DNA from: Vicugna vicugna
Taxonomy: Eukaryota
Assembly (NCBI GenBank): GCA_013265495.1
Contig: MU058039.1
Location: 684,591-748,590 of the forward strand
DNA: 64,000 nucleotides
Direction: 5' to 3'
Part shown: positions 1 through 12,250 of the stretch, one piece after another
Position numbering within the stretch: the first letter of the stretch is position 1
Layout of the letters: every line of letters starts with the position of its first letter
Made by a program: the position numbers and the translations under genes
The notes under the pieces: generated by a model
Seen by the model: the letters and a program-made list of their open reading frames with translations, nothing else
Told to the model about the DNA's origin: nothing
Database searches by the model: none

Positions 1-1744
1 GCTCAGGTATTCTTGTCAGGAATCCATTCTGCCTCTCTCTGCTTTGACTTCATTACTGGGTGTCCATCCCCTCCCCCAGGTGGCAGAGAAGCCCTCAACA
101 GCCCCTGCCTTACGTCCCATCCCTTTGCCCCAGTAATCCAGCAAGATTCCCAGGGCCAACTCTGATTGGCCATGCTTGGATTGTGCGTCTCTCCCAGAAC
201 CAATCGCTGTGGCTGAGGGGAGGACCCATCAGGCTAGGAGTCAGGCCAGGGCACCCTCTCACCCCCAAGTCCTCTAATCTATGCTTCTGTTTCTTGGTAT
301 AAACCCTGGGAGGCAAGGTTTGCAGCCCTAAGACTGGAACCTATTCAGCAGATGAGCCAGAGCCGTTGCTCTGGTGGGTGCTGGGATTGCAAGGCAACTC
401 CAAGGCCATCCTCCCTTCCGGGTAGTATAAGAGGGACTATGGGATGTCTGGGGTCCTGGCTGAATTCCTGGCCCTGTAGCCTACCTGTGCTGCTATTTCC
501 ACAACTCCTTGGCATCTTCCTCTCTGCTGCAGCCCCTCCTGTGTATCAGGGACCCCAGACTGACGGACGTCATGGCTTCCTCCACAGGGCAGGAAGTAGA
601 TTCCCAGCTCAGAGAGCTGTGGCACCCCTGCACGTCACTGCTGATGTACCTTTAAAGAGCCATATACGTCACTCTAGAGAAAGAAAGTGGGGGGTGGGAA
701 TGAGAGTGGCAGAAAAGCAATTTCCGATGCAATTTAAAAGGCAGTGATTACAATTTTATAGGAGCTTTATTTCAGGGGCTTCCTGATCATCCCAGGAATT
801 TTTTTTAATGGGAAGTTTGGTGATAAGGGAAAATGTTCTGGGTGCTTCTGTTTCCCTCCTGCTCTGCTGAGCATCTTGAAAACCGAAATTGTTAGCCTTT
901 CATAAACCAGCTTTAGGGATAGCAACTACCCAAGAGGTTAGTTATGAATTTTTAAAGAGTGTGTGTTTTTCTGCATGTGCTGATTCTGTGTATAGTAACT
1001 GTTTCTAATTTTATTTTGTGCTTTCCTAAGTGGCTTGGTAGTGAGCTCTGGGAATTGTCAAGAGCTGTACTCACTTCTTCCCTTCTGTGTTAGTTGAGAG
1101 TCATTCGATTGCGTGAATAGCAATTCAGGTCAGCCTGCTCAAGTATAAAAGGAAGTGTTTGGACTCATAGCCTGCGACATTCTATGTGTAATGGCTTCAA
1201 GGGTGGGTGGATCCAGGGCCTCACGTGGGGTTGCCAGGACCCTGTTTCCTTCCATCCCCTGGCTCTGCAGTCCTCTCGGTTTTATTGTTGGGTAGGCTCT
1301 GAGTCAGCTCCACATATGCATCCAGCCAGCTTAGCAGCCCCAGGGATTTCCCCATAATCCCAGCACGTGTCCCTAGACTTGTTTAGTGGACCTAATCAGC
1401 CTGGCTTTGGTGCCAGGGCCTCCTTGAGCCATATCTGAGGTCAGGGTGGGGAGAGGGGGTGCAATTGCTTTATTGGCCAAGCCTGGGTTTTATGACACCC
1501 TCCCCTTCTCTACCAACCTATGGGTGGGACATTCCCACAGGAATTCTGTGAGCTGGGTGGGAAAGGTGAGGTTCAGGGAGCTAACTGAGAAAGGGAAACG
1601 GATGTAGGGTGGGCCAAAATCCCCAGTGCTCAGGACCCCTTCTTCCCCTACAAAGTTCACAAGGATCTGAATCTTCCCCACACCCCCCAGTTGTTATCTT
1701 CCCTGGGCGCACCCTCCAGCTTTACCCTACCTCAGGGTGGGCTT

Positions 1745-2266
1745 AGGGCTTCTTAATCTGGGTCCATGGACCGTTGAAGGGTCCTTGGATGGAATTTAGA
1801 GGATCATGAAGTTGGCTAGGGAAGAAATTACGTCTTTATTTTCTTTACCATCTAACTGATATTTAGCATTTTCATGTCTTCTGAACAAGGACCACAAGCT
1901 ACAATCGTATTAACAACACCCGTGACTGTTGCCGCTAGAAATAAAAAATATTTCCATATCACATTACAGTTGTTGCAGATATTACAAAATATCATTTTCA
2001 CTCATCCATTTCTAAATTATTATAGTTATTGGACCCATCACTAAGATCTCATAATTTAAAGCATTCATAAAGAAGCACAAATATTACTGTATCTCGGATT
2101 AGGTTTTGTCTTACAGATATTTTGATATGTGAATATAATAGATTTCCTTTGTGGTCTAGTGTATAGTGTTTTGTACATTTAAAGACGTGATTCTGAGAAA
2201 ACGTCCACACCCTTCTTCCCCAGGCTGCCAACAGGTGTCCCTGGCCTGAGAAAGGTTAAGAACTAA
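1745..2266 (+). mobile_element. hAT-Charlie DNA transposon, Charlie4a-like, near full length
   Basis: Terminal inverted repeat remnants agggcttcttaatctggg...aggttaagaact. Internal tttccatatcacattacagttgttgcagatat and ataaagaagcacaaatattactgtatc match the recalled Charlie4a consensus. Confidence 0.8.
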
Positions 2267-2539
2267 GACCTCTTTTGGCTTCTGCAGAATCCCCAGAGGG
2301 GCAAGATTATTGAAGCCATCCTGTTTCTTGACTCTGAAAAGTGGGCCAGCTGCCTGCTAGGTTTCCTTCCTGGGAGGCCCCCTGGAGGAGCTGGTTGGCA
2401 TTTGAGGTCGGTCTTGGTGTGTGGGTGGCAGGTGGATACGGCAGCAGTAGGGAAGGTGGGAGAGGTATTGTCAACCTGCAGTCAGCCCTCTCTTCACTGA
2501 CCTCTGTGACCATGTGGCCTGGCCAAGAGGTTGAGAACA

Positions 2540-2750
2540 GACTGGAGCCAGGCTGCCTGGGTTCATCCCACCTCTAAAACTTTAGACTGGCTGGGCAGCC
2601 TCAGCTAGGGGGTTCTTGACCCACTCTGTGTCTCAGGGCCCTCATCTGTAGCAGGGATGTAATGGTGTGCCTAGGTCTTAGGGTTCTTGGGAGAATGAAG
2701 CAAGTCGGCCCATTCTGCTGGGACAGAGCCTCACACATAGGGAGTGAGAG
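2540..2750 (+). mobile_element. MIR SINE
   Basis: ctggagccaggctgcctgggttca...ctctgtgtctcagggccctcatctgta core. Confidence 0.6.
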
Positions 2751-3049
2751 TCATTATTTCACGGCCATTCTGTAGGAAGGTTCTAGGTTGTCCTCTCAGA
2801 TTTCATCTCCCTGGTTTAGTAAGTGCCTGACCTAAACCAAGATGTGATGGTGAACAATACAGACAGTGGCTTCTCGGCCTGGAGACATTCATTCATCCAT
2901 GAAGTACTCATTCAGATATGAACCACCATGCTAAATATTCAAAAACATCAATTAATAATACAAAGTTACAAGTCAGGACAAGTGCTTTTTCTCTTCCACC
3001 CCTCTGCTCACGATGGTCTGAAGGAAACATCCTTATAATGACTGTCCCT

Positions 3050-3470
3050 CTACCCCCGTCACCTCCCTGCCCTCACCCCCCTCTCTCACCCTGCACCAGG
3101 GACACGGGCCTCCTGCTGCTCCTGACCCCCCACCCTCCCCAACCTCGACCCCAGGTCCTGTGCCTGGTCCTGCCCGCGGCCCGGCCGGCTCTTTCCCAGG
3201 TAGTTACACTGCTGGCAGTCACCTGTATTCACGTCTCTGTCCTTTCCTCAGGCCCTCACTCTGGGAAGTCACAGCCCCGTTGCTCCCCTCACCCTGCCTG
3301 GTCCCCAGCTAGGTGCTGGCTGCTCCCTGACTGCGGGCTGTGTTTGTTTCCCGTCTTCCTCCCCTGCTGGAGTGTCGGCTCCCCGAGGATAGCTACTTCG
3401 TCTTGGTCACTGGGGTACCTGGCACAGAGCCGGCGTTCAATAAATATTTATTGAGGGAGTGAATTCGTGA
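3050..3470 (+). mobile_element. L2 LINE 3' end
   Basis: Ends with cctggcacagagccggcgttcaataaatatttattgagggagtgaa, the typical L2 terminus. Confidence 0.65.
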
Positions 3471-3537
3471 GTGACAGATGGATACTTCAGCAGGAAGCCT
3501 CAAGTTCACATAACCTCGTTTTTTTCCCTCTCCGTAG

Positions 3538-3605
3538 ATGCACAGTCTTTGACCTCGGCTCTCCTGGGACCCACAAGGAGCACTAGTGTCCAGAACATAC
3601 TAAGG
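3538..3605 (+). other. SIPA1L3: Probable non-coding 5'UTR exon of SIPA1L3 (68 nt)
   Basis: Strong acceptor (ctcgtttttttccctctccgtag|) and consensus donor (AAGG|gtgagt) flank 68 nt of unique sequence. The length matches my recollection of the short non-coding exon 2 of human SIPA1L3 (not verified). Confidence 0.75.
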
Positions 3606-3693
3606 GTGAGTGTAGTGTGTAGAGCTGTTTGACTTTTGTTTGCTTAAGTTTTATAGCTAGTACACGTGAAATGCTGTATTGTTTTTTTAAAAA

Positions 3694-3727
<34 letters not shown>

Positions 3728-3780
3728 CCTATCTATCTATCTATCTAGCTACCTACCTACCTACCTACCTACCTACCTAC
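3694..3780. repeat. Compound tetranucleotide microsatellite (TCTA)n(CCTA)n
   Basis: Directly visible tandem repeat. Confidence 0.95.
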
Positions 3781-4769
3781 AAATGTCAAGGGAAACATGG
3801 AAATCTCCTTCACTGTCCCTCCCAACCCCCACAGTCTGGCTTCTTCCCTCCAAGGTGATTATGGTCAGTAGTTGGATGGGTGTCCTGCCAGACCTCTCCC
3901 TGTTCATGAACATTCCTACTTACGCATGTACACGCTTGTTGTTTTAATTTGCTGTATAAAGGAAAAAGCAGCAGGACATTTCTGCAGCCTATTTGCCACT
4001 GTCCCCAGTGGTAGTATGTTTTGGAGATCTTTGTTCATAGCAGACATCAGTGTATCACATTCTTTTTTTTTTTTTAGCTTTTTAATTTCCATTTTTAAAA
4101 TTTACACAGAGTGAAATTCGCTGTTTGGTATACGGTTCTTTGAGTTTAGGCAAATGCATGCTGTTGTGTAACTGCCACCGCACTTAAGATACTGGATGTC
4201 CCTGTCAACCCCCGTATGGATGTGTTAGTTGCCTGTAGGCTGAAAATATAGTATAGGTAGTTCCACGTAATTAAAAGCTGTACACACTGAAGTACTTACC
4301 TGTAATAAAAGATTCTGAATGTTATAATTAAGTTTCTGGGGTTCTTGCTAGTGAGCATCCTCTTTGGTTTCTTTGGCCTGGATCAAGCAGCGAGGGGGCC
4401 TCGGGCTGTGTGGCTTTCCAGGTGGTAGTGGGGACACCAGCCTTTGTTGGCAGGATGCAAGAAGGGGCCCGGAGATGGGGTGCTGTCTGATCCTTGAAGC
4501 ACCAGGAGACTCTGACAGTGTGGGAAGCGGGAGAACAGAGATTCTGGCGTCCAGCTCTGGACACAGGTAGTGGTGTTGGCTGAGTTGCCGGGACCAGTGA
4601 GTCGAGTCTGGGAAGTGAGTGGATCTAGACAGTGTCTTCTCCCTTGGCTGTTTATTAGGTCTCTTCCTATTCCTTCCTTTTGGCCTAAGGCTCTGCCCTG
4701 GCACCTGGAGCTTGCTTGTGGGACAGTCACCTGGGGCCAGACTTCCATTAACAGATGCTTTTTAGCACA

Positions 4770-5660
4770 ATTCTTTATTGACTTTTTTATTTTGAAGGAA
4801 TTTTAGACTGACAAAAAGTTGCAAAAATAGCACAGAGAGTTCACATATCTACAGTCACCCAGCACCTCCTAGTATTACCATCTTACTCAGCTGTAGCACA
4901 ACTGTCCACACCAGGAAGTGAACACCGGGCCAGTACTGTGAGCCAAGTGCAGGCTTTGGTCAGCTTTCACTAGTTCTTTCACTGATTTCCTTTTTCTGTT
5001 CCAAGAGCCTATCCAGGATCCCTTATTGCATTTACTTGTCTTGTCTCCTTAATCGCCTCCAGTCTGTGACAGTTGCTCAGTCTTCACCCTGTCTTTAATG
5101 ACCATGAGACTCTGGAAGAGAGCAGCTCTTGTTGCTTTGTAGACTGTCTGCATTTGGGTTTGTCTGATGTTTCCTTATGACTACACTGAGCTTCTCCATC
5201 ATTTGGCAGAACTCCGCAGAGATGGTGCGCCCCCTGCCTCTGCATCGCACCTGCGAGTCCACGTGTCTTACCACTGGTGTTGTTAACCCACATCACTCGG
5301 TTAGGGTGCTGTCTGTCTGCTGGCTTTCCCCAGTGTGGTGTAACTGTTTTTCCTTTTATAATCGATAGATATCTTGGGAGAGCTGCTTTGAGACTCTACT
5401 CGTTTTTCCTCAAACTTGCACCTGCTAATTTTGGCGTGCATTGGTCAGGTGAATTTTGCCTGCAACTGTCATTACTGTGGGATGTCCCTCACTTTTTGTA
5501 TGTGACTTTTGTATGTCCCTCATTCCTTCTACATTTATTAATTGTCCACGTAATTAGTTCTGTAAGAAAGACCTGTCCCTTCTCCCTCATTTATTTTAAT
5601 TATTCAGTTATTAACATAATATCTGTACAGCCTCATAGATAACCCGTTTTATTCTAGCAC
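4770..5660 (-). mobile_element. Old L1 (L1MC/ME-like) 3' region, antisense
   Basis: tttattttgaaggaattttagactgacaaaaagttgcaaaaatagcacagagagttc...atccaggatcccttattgcattt...tttgggtttgtctgatgtttcctt match the reverse complement of an L1M 3'UTR. Confidence 0.75.
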
Positions 5661-5809
5661 GTTCCTTTTTAATGTGGTAAAAGGTTCCAGTTTCCGAGTG
5701 AATTTCTTGTGTTGCCTCTCAGACTGCAGGAACTATGTGGGTAGGATTCATTGTTCCGACATGATAACTAGCACCTGGGGGACTGGAAAGCAGGAGACAG
5801 GGTTTCATT

Positions 5810-6090
5810 TGTTCATTCATTTCTTTCCTTCACTCAACAAATATGCATTTCAGCACCTACTGTTGTGTTCCAGGCACTGGGGATTCAGGAATGAACAGAA
5901 CAGACAAAATCCTTTCCCGCCAGGAACTGACACTCTGCTGGAAGATAAAATAATAAACAGATTAACAAGTGAATGTGGGGCTACATTTGGCAGGGATGAG
6001 AAAAGCAAGAAAGGGGGCTGATGGGGAGGAACAGGAGGCAGTTGTAAATGAGGTAATCAAGGAAGGCCTCTCTGAGGAGGTGCTGAAGGG
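5810..6090 (-). mobile_element. L2 LINE 3' fragment
   Basis: ttcattcatt...caacaaatat...cacctactgttgtgttccaggcactgggg...ggaaggcctctctgaggaggtg. Confidence 0.65.
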
Positions 6091-6431
6091 AAGGAACAAA
6101 GTGGGTTCTGACCTAATTCTTCCACCTGCCAGCCAGGAGATCCAAACACATTATCTCACTTCTAAACAAGGCTTTGGGAATTGCAGCAAACGGGAAAATG
6201 TGTTCCCTCTGTGAGAGGCAGCGCCCGCTTTGCTCTGGCCCATTTGTCGCCCTCTGGAAATACCAGGTCTTGCCAGATTTTCTATAATTTTTCCCCAGTA
6301 GAAGACAAAAATGATGCATTCTTGATAGTTCTTTGAACCCAAATTAGGCTACATCAGCTAATTTTTAGAGGCCCATGAATGAATGTGTTTTGTTCATTTT
6401 CATTGTATTTAAGTTACCTTTGTAGCCAAAG

Positions 6432-6432
<1 letters not shown>

Positions 6433-6469
<37 letters not shown>
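6433..6469. repeat. (CA)n microsatellite
   Basis: About 18 perfect CA units. Confidence 0.95.
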
Positions 6470-6471
<2 letters not shown>

Positions 6472-6674
6472 AAGTAACTAATTGTACAATGGGACACAGA
6501 TGCAGCTGAAAGGAAGGGCAGGACACAGGACAGGTTTGGTAAATGCTGTTCCGTCTCAGCCTTCCACCCTTTCTCCTCTGGATCAGGGGTTCTCAGCCGG
6601 GCACCTGAACTGAGGCTGGCAAGCGATTACCACGGGCATGGGCCCTGAGCTATTTGTGTCATGGTGGGGGCATC

Positions 6675-7075
6675 AGCCAGGAGTGCTTTCAGCTGCAAGA
6701 ACAGAAAACCCAGCTCACAACAGCTTAAACAAATGAGGACTGATTTCTCCCCATAACCACAAACCTAGAGGAACTTGGCTGCCAATGTTAGTTCAGAGGC
6801 TGAGTGATGCCCAGGCTGGGGCCTCCTTGATTCACTTGGTCTTTCCCTCATGGTTGCAAGGTTGCTGCTGCAGTTCCAGCCAGAACAAGTAAGAGGGGGT
6901 CAACTCCAGCATCATGTTTTTTTTCAGTTCTGTACCAATTCAACACTCAGAATCCGCCTCCCTGCCCCTCACCTCGAAGATTCCACTTATATCTCATTGG
7001 CCAGAGGTGGGTCACATGGCCTCCCTCAGCTGTAAGGAAGGTGAGAAATTTTTTTTAGCTTTTCAGCCTCTCCTG
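6675..7075 (-). mobile_element. Degraded ERVL/MaLR LTR (LTR33/MLT1-like)
   Basis: tttcagctgcaagaacagaaaacccagctcacaacagcttaaac...catggttgcaaggttgctgctgcagttccag...ctcattggccagaggtgggtcacatggc. Confidence 0.6.
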
Positions 7076-9454
7076 AGGTGGAAGCCAGAGAAAGAGAGGA
7101 TTGAGGGTTTCAGTTGGATTAGCAGCCTGGCTCCACAGGGGAAGAAAAACAGCAGTAATTAACAGTAATGGGTGCCGACTCTGTGCCAAGCCCTGCTGTA
7201 AGCCCTTCACGTGTCTGATCTCATTCAGTCCTTACACCCACCCTGTGATGCTGCCGCTCCCAGTGGTAATGACATGGAAACTGAGGCACAGTGTAGTGAA
7301 ACCCTTTCTTGAGTAAGTAGAGGAGCTGAGGTGGGAACCTTTGCACTGTCTCCAAAGCCCTCACTCTTGGCCACTACACTTTGTTGCTTCTTAAGAAGTC
7401 CCGGGATCCCAGACTGCTAGCTATCCGACCAGTGTAAATTCTTCTAGGAAGGGAGGAACAGGGCAGCATATTTTGCTTTGGGGAAGTTTTGATCGTTAAA
7501 GAGCTGTCTCACATTTGCTCCATGTACCTACCTCTCACGGGTTCTGGTCTGGTCCTGGTGCCGGGCACTAGCCACGAATCTTCCTCCTGCCAGCCCTTTG
7601 TGGCTTGCGGATGGCTAAGTCTTCTCTGTGCCTCTTTTCCAAGCAAACTCTACCTGGGCTTTTAACTCTTCTTCCCAGAATGATGCTTCCAACCTTCTTT
7701 CCTTTCTTGGGGTGCTGCTGGTTGGTTGACTCAGCACACATTTAAAATTCACCTCCTCTGTGCCCATCCCTGTAATGTAGTGAGTGGGGGAGACAGCCTC
7801 AGGGCTGAGTGGGCCTCGTACTCAGGGGCTCCTGGCAGGTGAGGGAGGCAGACTCTTAGGCAGTGAGAGTCCAGGGTGGGCAGGGCTATATGGGGGAAAC
7901 CCAGGGGCTGATGGGCACCCGAAGGAAGTGCCCAGGCTAGCCTGGGGTTCAGAGAGATCTCCTGGAAGCAGCTTTAGGCCTTGAAGGAGGAATAGAGATT
8001 CATCAAGGAGCAATGTTCCTGTTCTTCCCCACCTCCCCTTTCTTCAGGGAAACGCTCTCACTACAGTTCTCCTGGCTGAATCTCCACTCCCTTCCTCTGG
8101 AAAATGAAGGATTTGGACTTGGGTTTCCATCCATCCATCCATCCATTCATCCATGTATCCATGCAGCAAACATACCCACTCTGGGCACTAGGCTTACAGG
8201 GGTACCCTCTTGGATAGAGTATTTGGGGAGAGCTCTGTCCGTCAACAGCCCAGAGCGATGAGAGTTCTAACAGGGAAGCCATGGGGCTGTGGGAACTCTG
8301 CGGAGACACCTAACGCTGACTTGGGGTTTCAGGGCCAGCTTCTTGAAGGAGGTAAAATCAAACATGAGTTGACCTGAGGGTGGAGAGCACAGGTTCCAGA
8401 GCCCAGCTGCCCTGGGTTCTAGTCTTCGCCTGACCACTGACGAGCCCCAAGTTGGGGGCCTAACTCTGGGGCTTATTTTCTCCTAAGAATGCTCTGAGAA
8501 TTAAAAGGTGAGTACGAATCTCAAGTACTTAGAACAGTGCCTGGCACAAGTCGTCACATCACAGATGTGATGGTGGTGGTGGTCGCAGTGGTGACAGTGG
8601 TCACTTACGTTCATTAGCCTTCAACTGCATGTCAGCAGTTAGGCAGCCTGGTCACCAGCCTGTGAAATAGTAGGCGTTCACTGCTGCTGTTGGGATTATT
8701 TATGCACCAAGAATGAGTGCCCAGCCCCAAGCTAGCATGGTGCCTGGATATAGCCAGACTGTGCTCTGGAAACATGGCTTGTACAGCTGAGGCCTGGGCC
8801 AGATATTCTGTGGGAGAAGAGAGGAGTTTCTTTGGTGTGTATTGGAAACCCATCGCTTTCGGTCTCCCAGTCCCCTTCCCGTCCAGTCCCCAGGCCTCTC
8901 AGCACTGGCCTCTAGCGCGTGGGCTGCCCTTGACCTCTGTGGCCAGAACGCATGGATGCTCTGCTCAACCCATCAGCCGAGTTCCAAATTAGACCTGACA
9001 GTGTGATTTATTCTCTGGGATGGAGACGGGAGGGCAGAGCCCCAGTGGGTGATTCCGAGGGAAGGTTGTCAGCCCGAATTAGCCCAGGCCCTTCATGCAG
9101 CCTTGCTGTTTCAGCTTCCTGTAACTAATAGGGTTTTCCAGGGTGTTGCTGGCTTCTGAGCTGCCTCCTCCCATCCCCAGGGGCTGAGACTTGGCTGTGA
9201 TCCCTGAGGAGCTGTGTTTGATGAGGCCCCGAGGCAGGCTCTGTTTGAAGGGAGTGGGGGCTCCAGGTCCTTTCATCTGCGCATCAGGCACGAAGAGTGG
9301 CGATTCCCCAGGGAATCTTTGTTTTGTCCCCCTCATCCTTTCCCTGAGGTTCAGTACTGGCGGCTGGGGGCCACTGCTTTCTGCTTACCTCCCAGTCTGT
9401 AGTCACAGTTGTCGCTGCCTCTGGCTGCTTTCGTTCATTTACGGAGAATACCAG

Positions 9455-9830
9455 TGATAGGCAGGGTTCTGCTGCGGTAACAAATTAGCCCTGAAATCCT
9501 AGAGGTTGGGCACAACAAATGTCGACTTTTTCTCACGACACAAGTCAGATCAGGTGGGAGGCTTTACCTTGAACCTCAGGGATGCAGAATGACAAGGGCT
9601 CCCTGGTCTTGAAGCACCACACCTGGAACACAGTTTGCAGGGTCACCCAGGCAGGACAAAGGCACTAGAGGGTCACACAGCAGCACTTAGATGACAGGGC
9701 CAGAGTGACACAGTTCACCTCTGCTCATACCCAAAACTAGCCACGTGGCCCTGCCTAACTGCAAGGGGCTGGAATATGGGAGCACGTGGGTATTCAGCGA
9801 GCAGTAAATATCCCGGCCACAGTAGGCAGT
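9455..9830 (-). mobile_element. MLT1-type MaLR LTR
   Basis: ggttctgctgcggtaacaaattagccctgaaatc...ccaaaactagccacgtggccctgcctaactgcaaggggctgg. Confidence 0.6.
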
Positions 9831-11194
9831 AGGTAGGTGTGGTATATATTAAGTGTCCACTGTGTGCCAGGTCTTCTAAGGGGGGTCTGGAAGTACAAAG
9901 GGGTCCCTGCCTTCTGGGCACTCGTGGTTCAGTGGAGGAAATAGAACTTGGTAAGTAATTCCAGAAGCAGCTGTGTCATTACATGGAGGAGCCCCGAGAG
10001 CCTATCCGAGGGGGACCTGGCATGTGTGGAGAGGTCAGGAGATGTCTGCATAAGGGCTGCCACTTGAGGGGAGGCCTGGAAGATGTGTAGACCTTAATGG
10101 AATGGGGGGAGCGTTCCCAACAGAGGGAACAGCATCAACGGAGTTCTGGACGTGGGAAGGAGCTGGGAGGCAGCCAGCGTAACCTCAGGATCATGCGTCA
10201 GGGAGAGGAAGGTGGGGGCAGAATGTGCAGGGTCTGCGTGGCTGTGGGGAGGAGTTTGGGATTTGTAACACCTACCTTTCAGAGCTGTTGAAAGAATTAA
10301 ATGAGCTCAGTACTCCTTCAGCACTTGCTGAGTTCCTACTCTTTGGCAGGCAATGTTTCTGGTCCAAGGGACGTAGCAGTGAACAACGTGGACAACTGTC
10401 CCTGCCCTTGTGGAGCTGGTATTCTTGAACGGGAGACAAACAATAAATAAGGAAAACAAATAATATAATTTTACCTGATGAAAAAAATGTGTAGCCAATG
10501 ACATAGGATAATTTAATAGAGAGCATTTTGTTTGGATGCTTCGCCAGAAGTAACAGAAAACCCCCTTTGTGCTGGCTTAAACTATCAGGAAATGTGTGAG
10601 CTCCCCAACTCCAAGTCCAAGGGTTTGTGGAGCTGCCTTTGGGACTGATGACTCGGCAGCTCAAGCCCGCCGCTGGACTGTCTGTAATGCACCTTCACCT
10701 TAAGATAGTCCCTTCCATGATCATTGGGTGGCAGTTGGGACATTGCAGGCAGTCTCACAGATGGGAACAGAAGCTCTTTCAAACTCCACTAGCCCACCTC
10801 TGTGGGCATGAATTGTGGGAGAGCTGGGAGGAAGCTGCTGCTGTGGTCCAGACGGGAGATGATGGAGGACAGGACCAGGGTAGGTGGAATGGGGGGTGAG
10901 GAGGGACAGGTCAGGAGATAGAATAGACAGGGCTTGCTAACAGCATGGCTGCTGGAGAGAAGGGATACTGAGCACACGCACACACAGCACACACACACAT
11001 GCACACACGCACAGATGTCCACTTTGTACTGTGTCTTCCTCTTGTAAAAGTCACGGTGCACATTTGCATATTACAGGCTTCGAGAAATCTTGCAGGAAAG
11101 AAACCTGCTTATTTGACTGTGGAGCCTTTTTATTTTCTAAAAGCCATTTAGTCACATGTTCTGCAGAAAGATTTGAAATTTTTTGCTTTAATAA

Positions 11195-11375
11195 TGATTC
11201 TCATCTTTGCTGCACATTAGAGTCACATGGGGAGCTTCAAGAAATCGCAAGCCTTGGGCCCCACCCCAGAACATTTCGTTAGAATCACAGAGGGTAGGAC
11301 CAGGCGTGGGATGGTTTTTTTTTTTTTTTAACTCCCCAGATGTTTCTAGGGTGTGACCAAGGGTGAGAACTATTA
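11195..11375. mobile_element. MER5A-like hAT MITE
   Basis: ttctcatctttgctgcacattagagtcacatggggagctt...gggccccaccccaga...aactccccagatgtttct...gggtgagaact. Confidence 0.7.
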
Positions 11376-11921
11376 CTTTATTGTGTCCTTGGGTGAGCTT
11401 CACATTAGAAAGCTATGTTGTTTATTTGTGTGTCTGATTATCAAGAGAATACTTACTTAGAGTTTAAAAAATGAATCAATTAAAGGCCCCAGACTCTGCC
11501 AAGATAATCACTTTTTCAACCCTGGTGTGTTCCTTCCAGAGTTTTAAAAAATACTTGTAATAAAAAAATATATACTGTATGTATCCCAAAACAAGGTGAT
11601 TCCCCATGTTTCCAAAGAGAAGATTTTTTTTTTTAAGTTTTAACACTGAAGTGTTTAGGGATATAGATGACATAGTCAGCTGCCTATTTATATCTTTTAA
11701 TTTATTTTGTGACACATTTAGATCCTCTCACATCATAAAACAATATTACTCACATTCTTAACAGGCCTCCTTGTCATCATTAGAGTCCCTTTTTTGAGTC
11801 ATCTGCACAGATCTCTGGAATACATCGTCTCCACCGCCATCTGAACTGCTGATGTGTGGCACTTCTTGAATCTGTGTATTAAGTTATTGCGGGAAACTTG
11901 ATCCCAAGTAATCATGTGTCA

Positions 11922-12250
11922 TTAGACAATTCTTTTTTTTTTCCCCAGTTTTATTATGTAGAATTATTACAATTCTACTGCACATACACATTATATTGCA
12001 TGTAAATACATATAAACAGTATACTGCACATTTTTTTAGTTGTCATATATATGCTAGTTATTATTTCTAAGAACAGATTAGATCTTTAGCTTTTTAAACT
12101 TACATAGTTATCAAAGGAATAAAGCCAACAACAAAATGCGGTGATCCAGTCATAAAGGACAGTCAAATGTGCTTATACATATTCAAGAAATCAAAATAAT
12201 AATTAGTTCATTTGTGTCCTTGCTGTTATTTTTTAGACAATTCTTTTTTT
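11922..12250 (-). pseudogene. Short 5'-truncated retrocopy of an unidentified polyadenylated RNA 3' end, with target-site duplication
   Basis: Direct repeat TTAGACAATTCTTTTTTT starts at 11922 and 12233. T-tract at 11933-11942 and TTTATT at 11950-11955 (AATAAA on the minus strand). The AT-rich body is not a repeat I recognise. Confidence 0.65.

Noticed and set aside
290..440. TATA-like boxes (tataaa at ~298, tataaga at ~426) as the gene promoter
   Set aside because: No CpG island or first-exon evidence; the exon at 3538 has an acceptor, so the promoter is probably upstream of the window.
3666..3947. ORF with IYLS/TYLP repeats
   Set aside because: Translation of the (TCTA)n(CCTA)n microsatellite.
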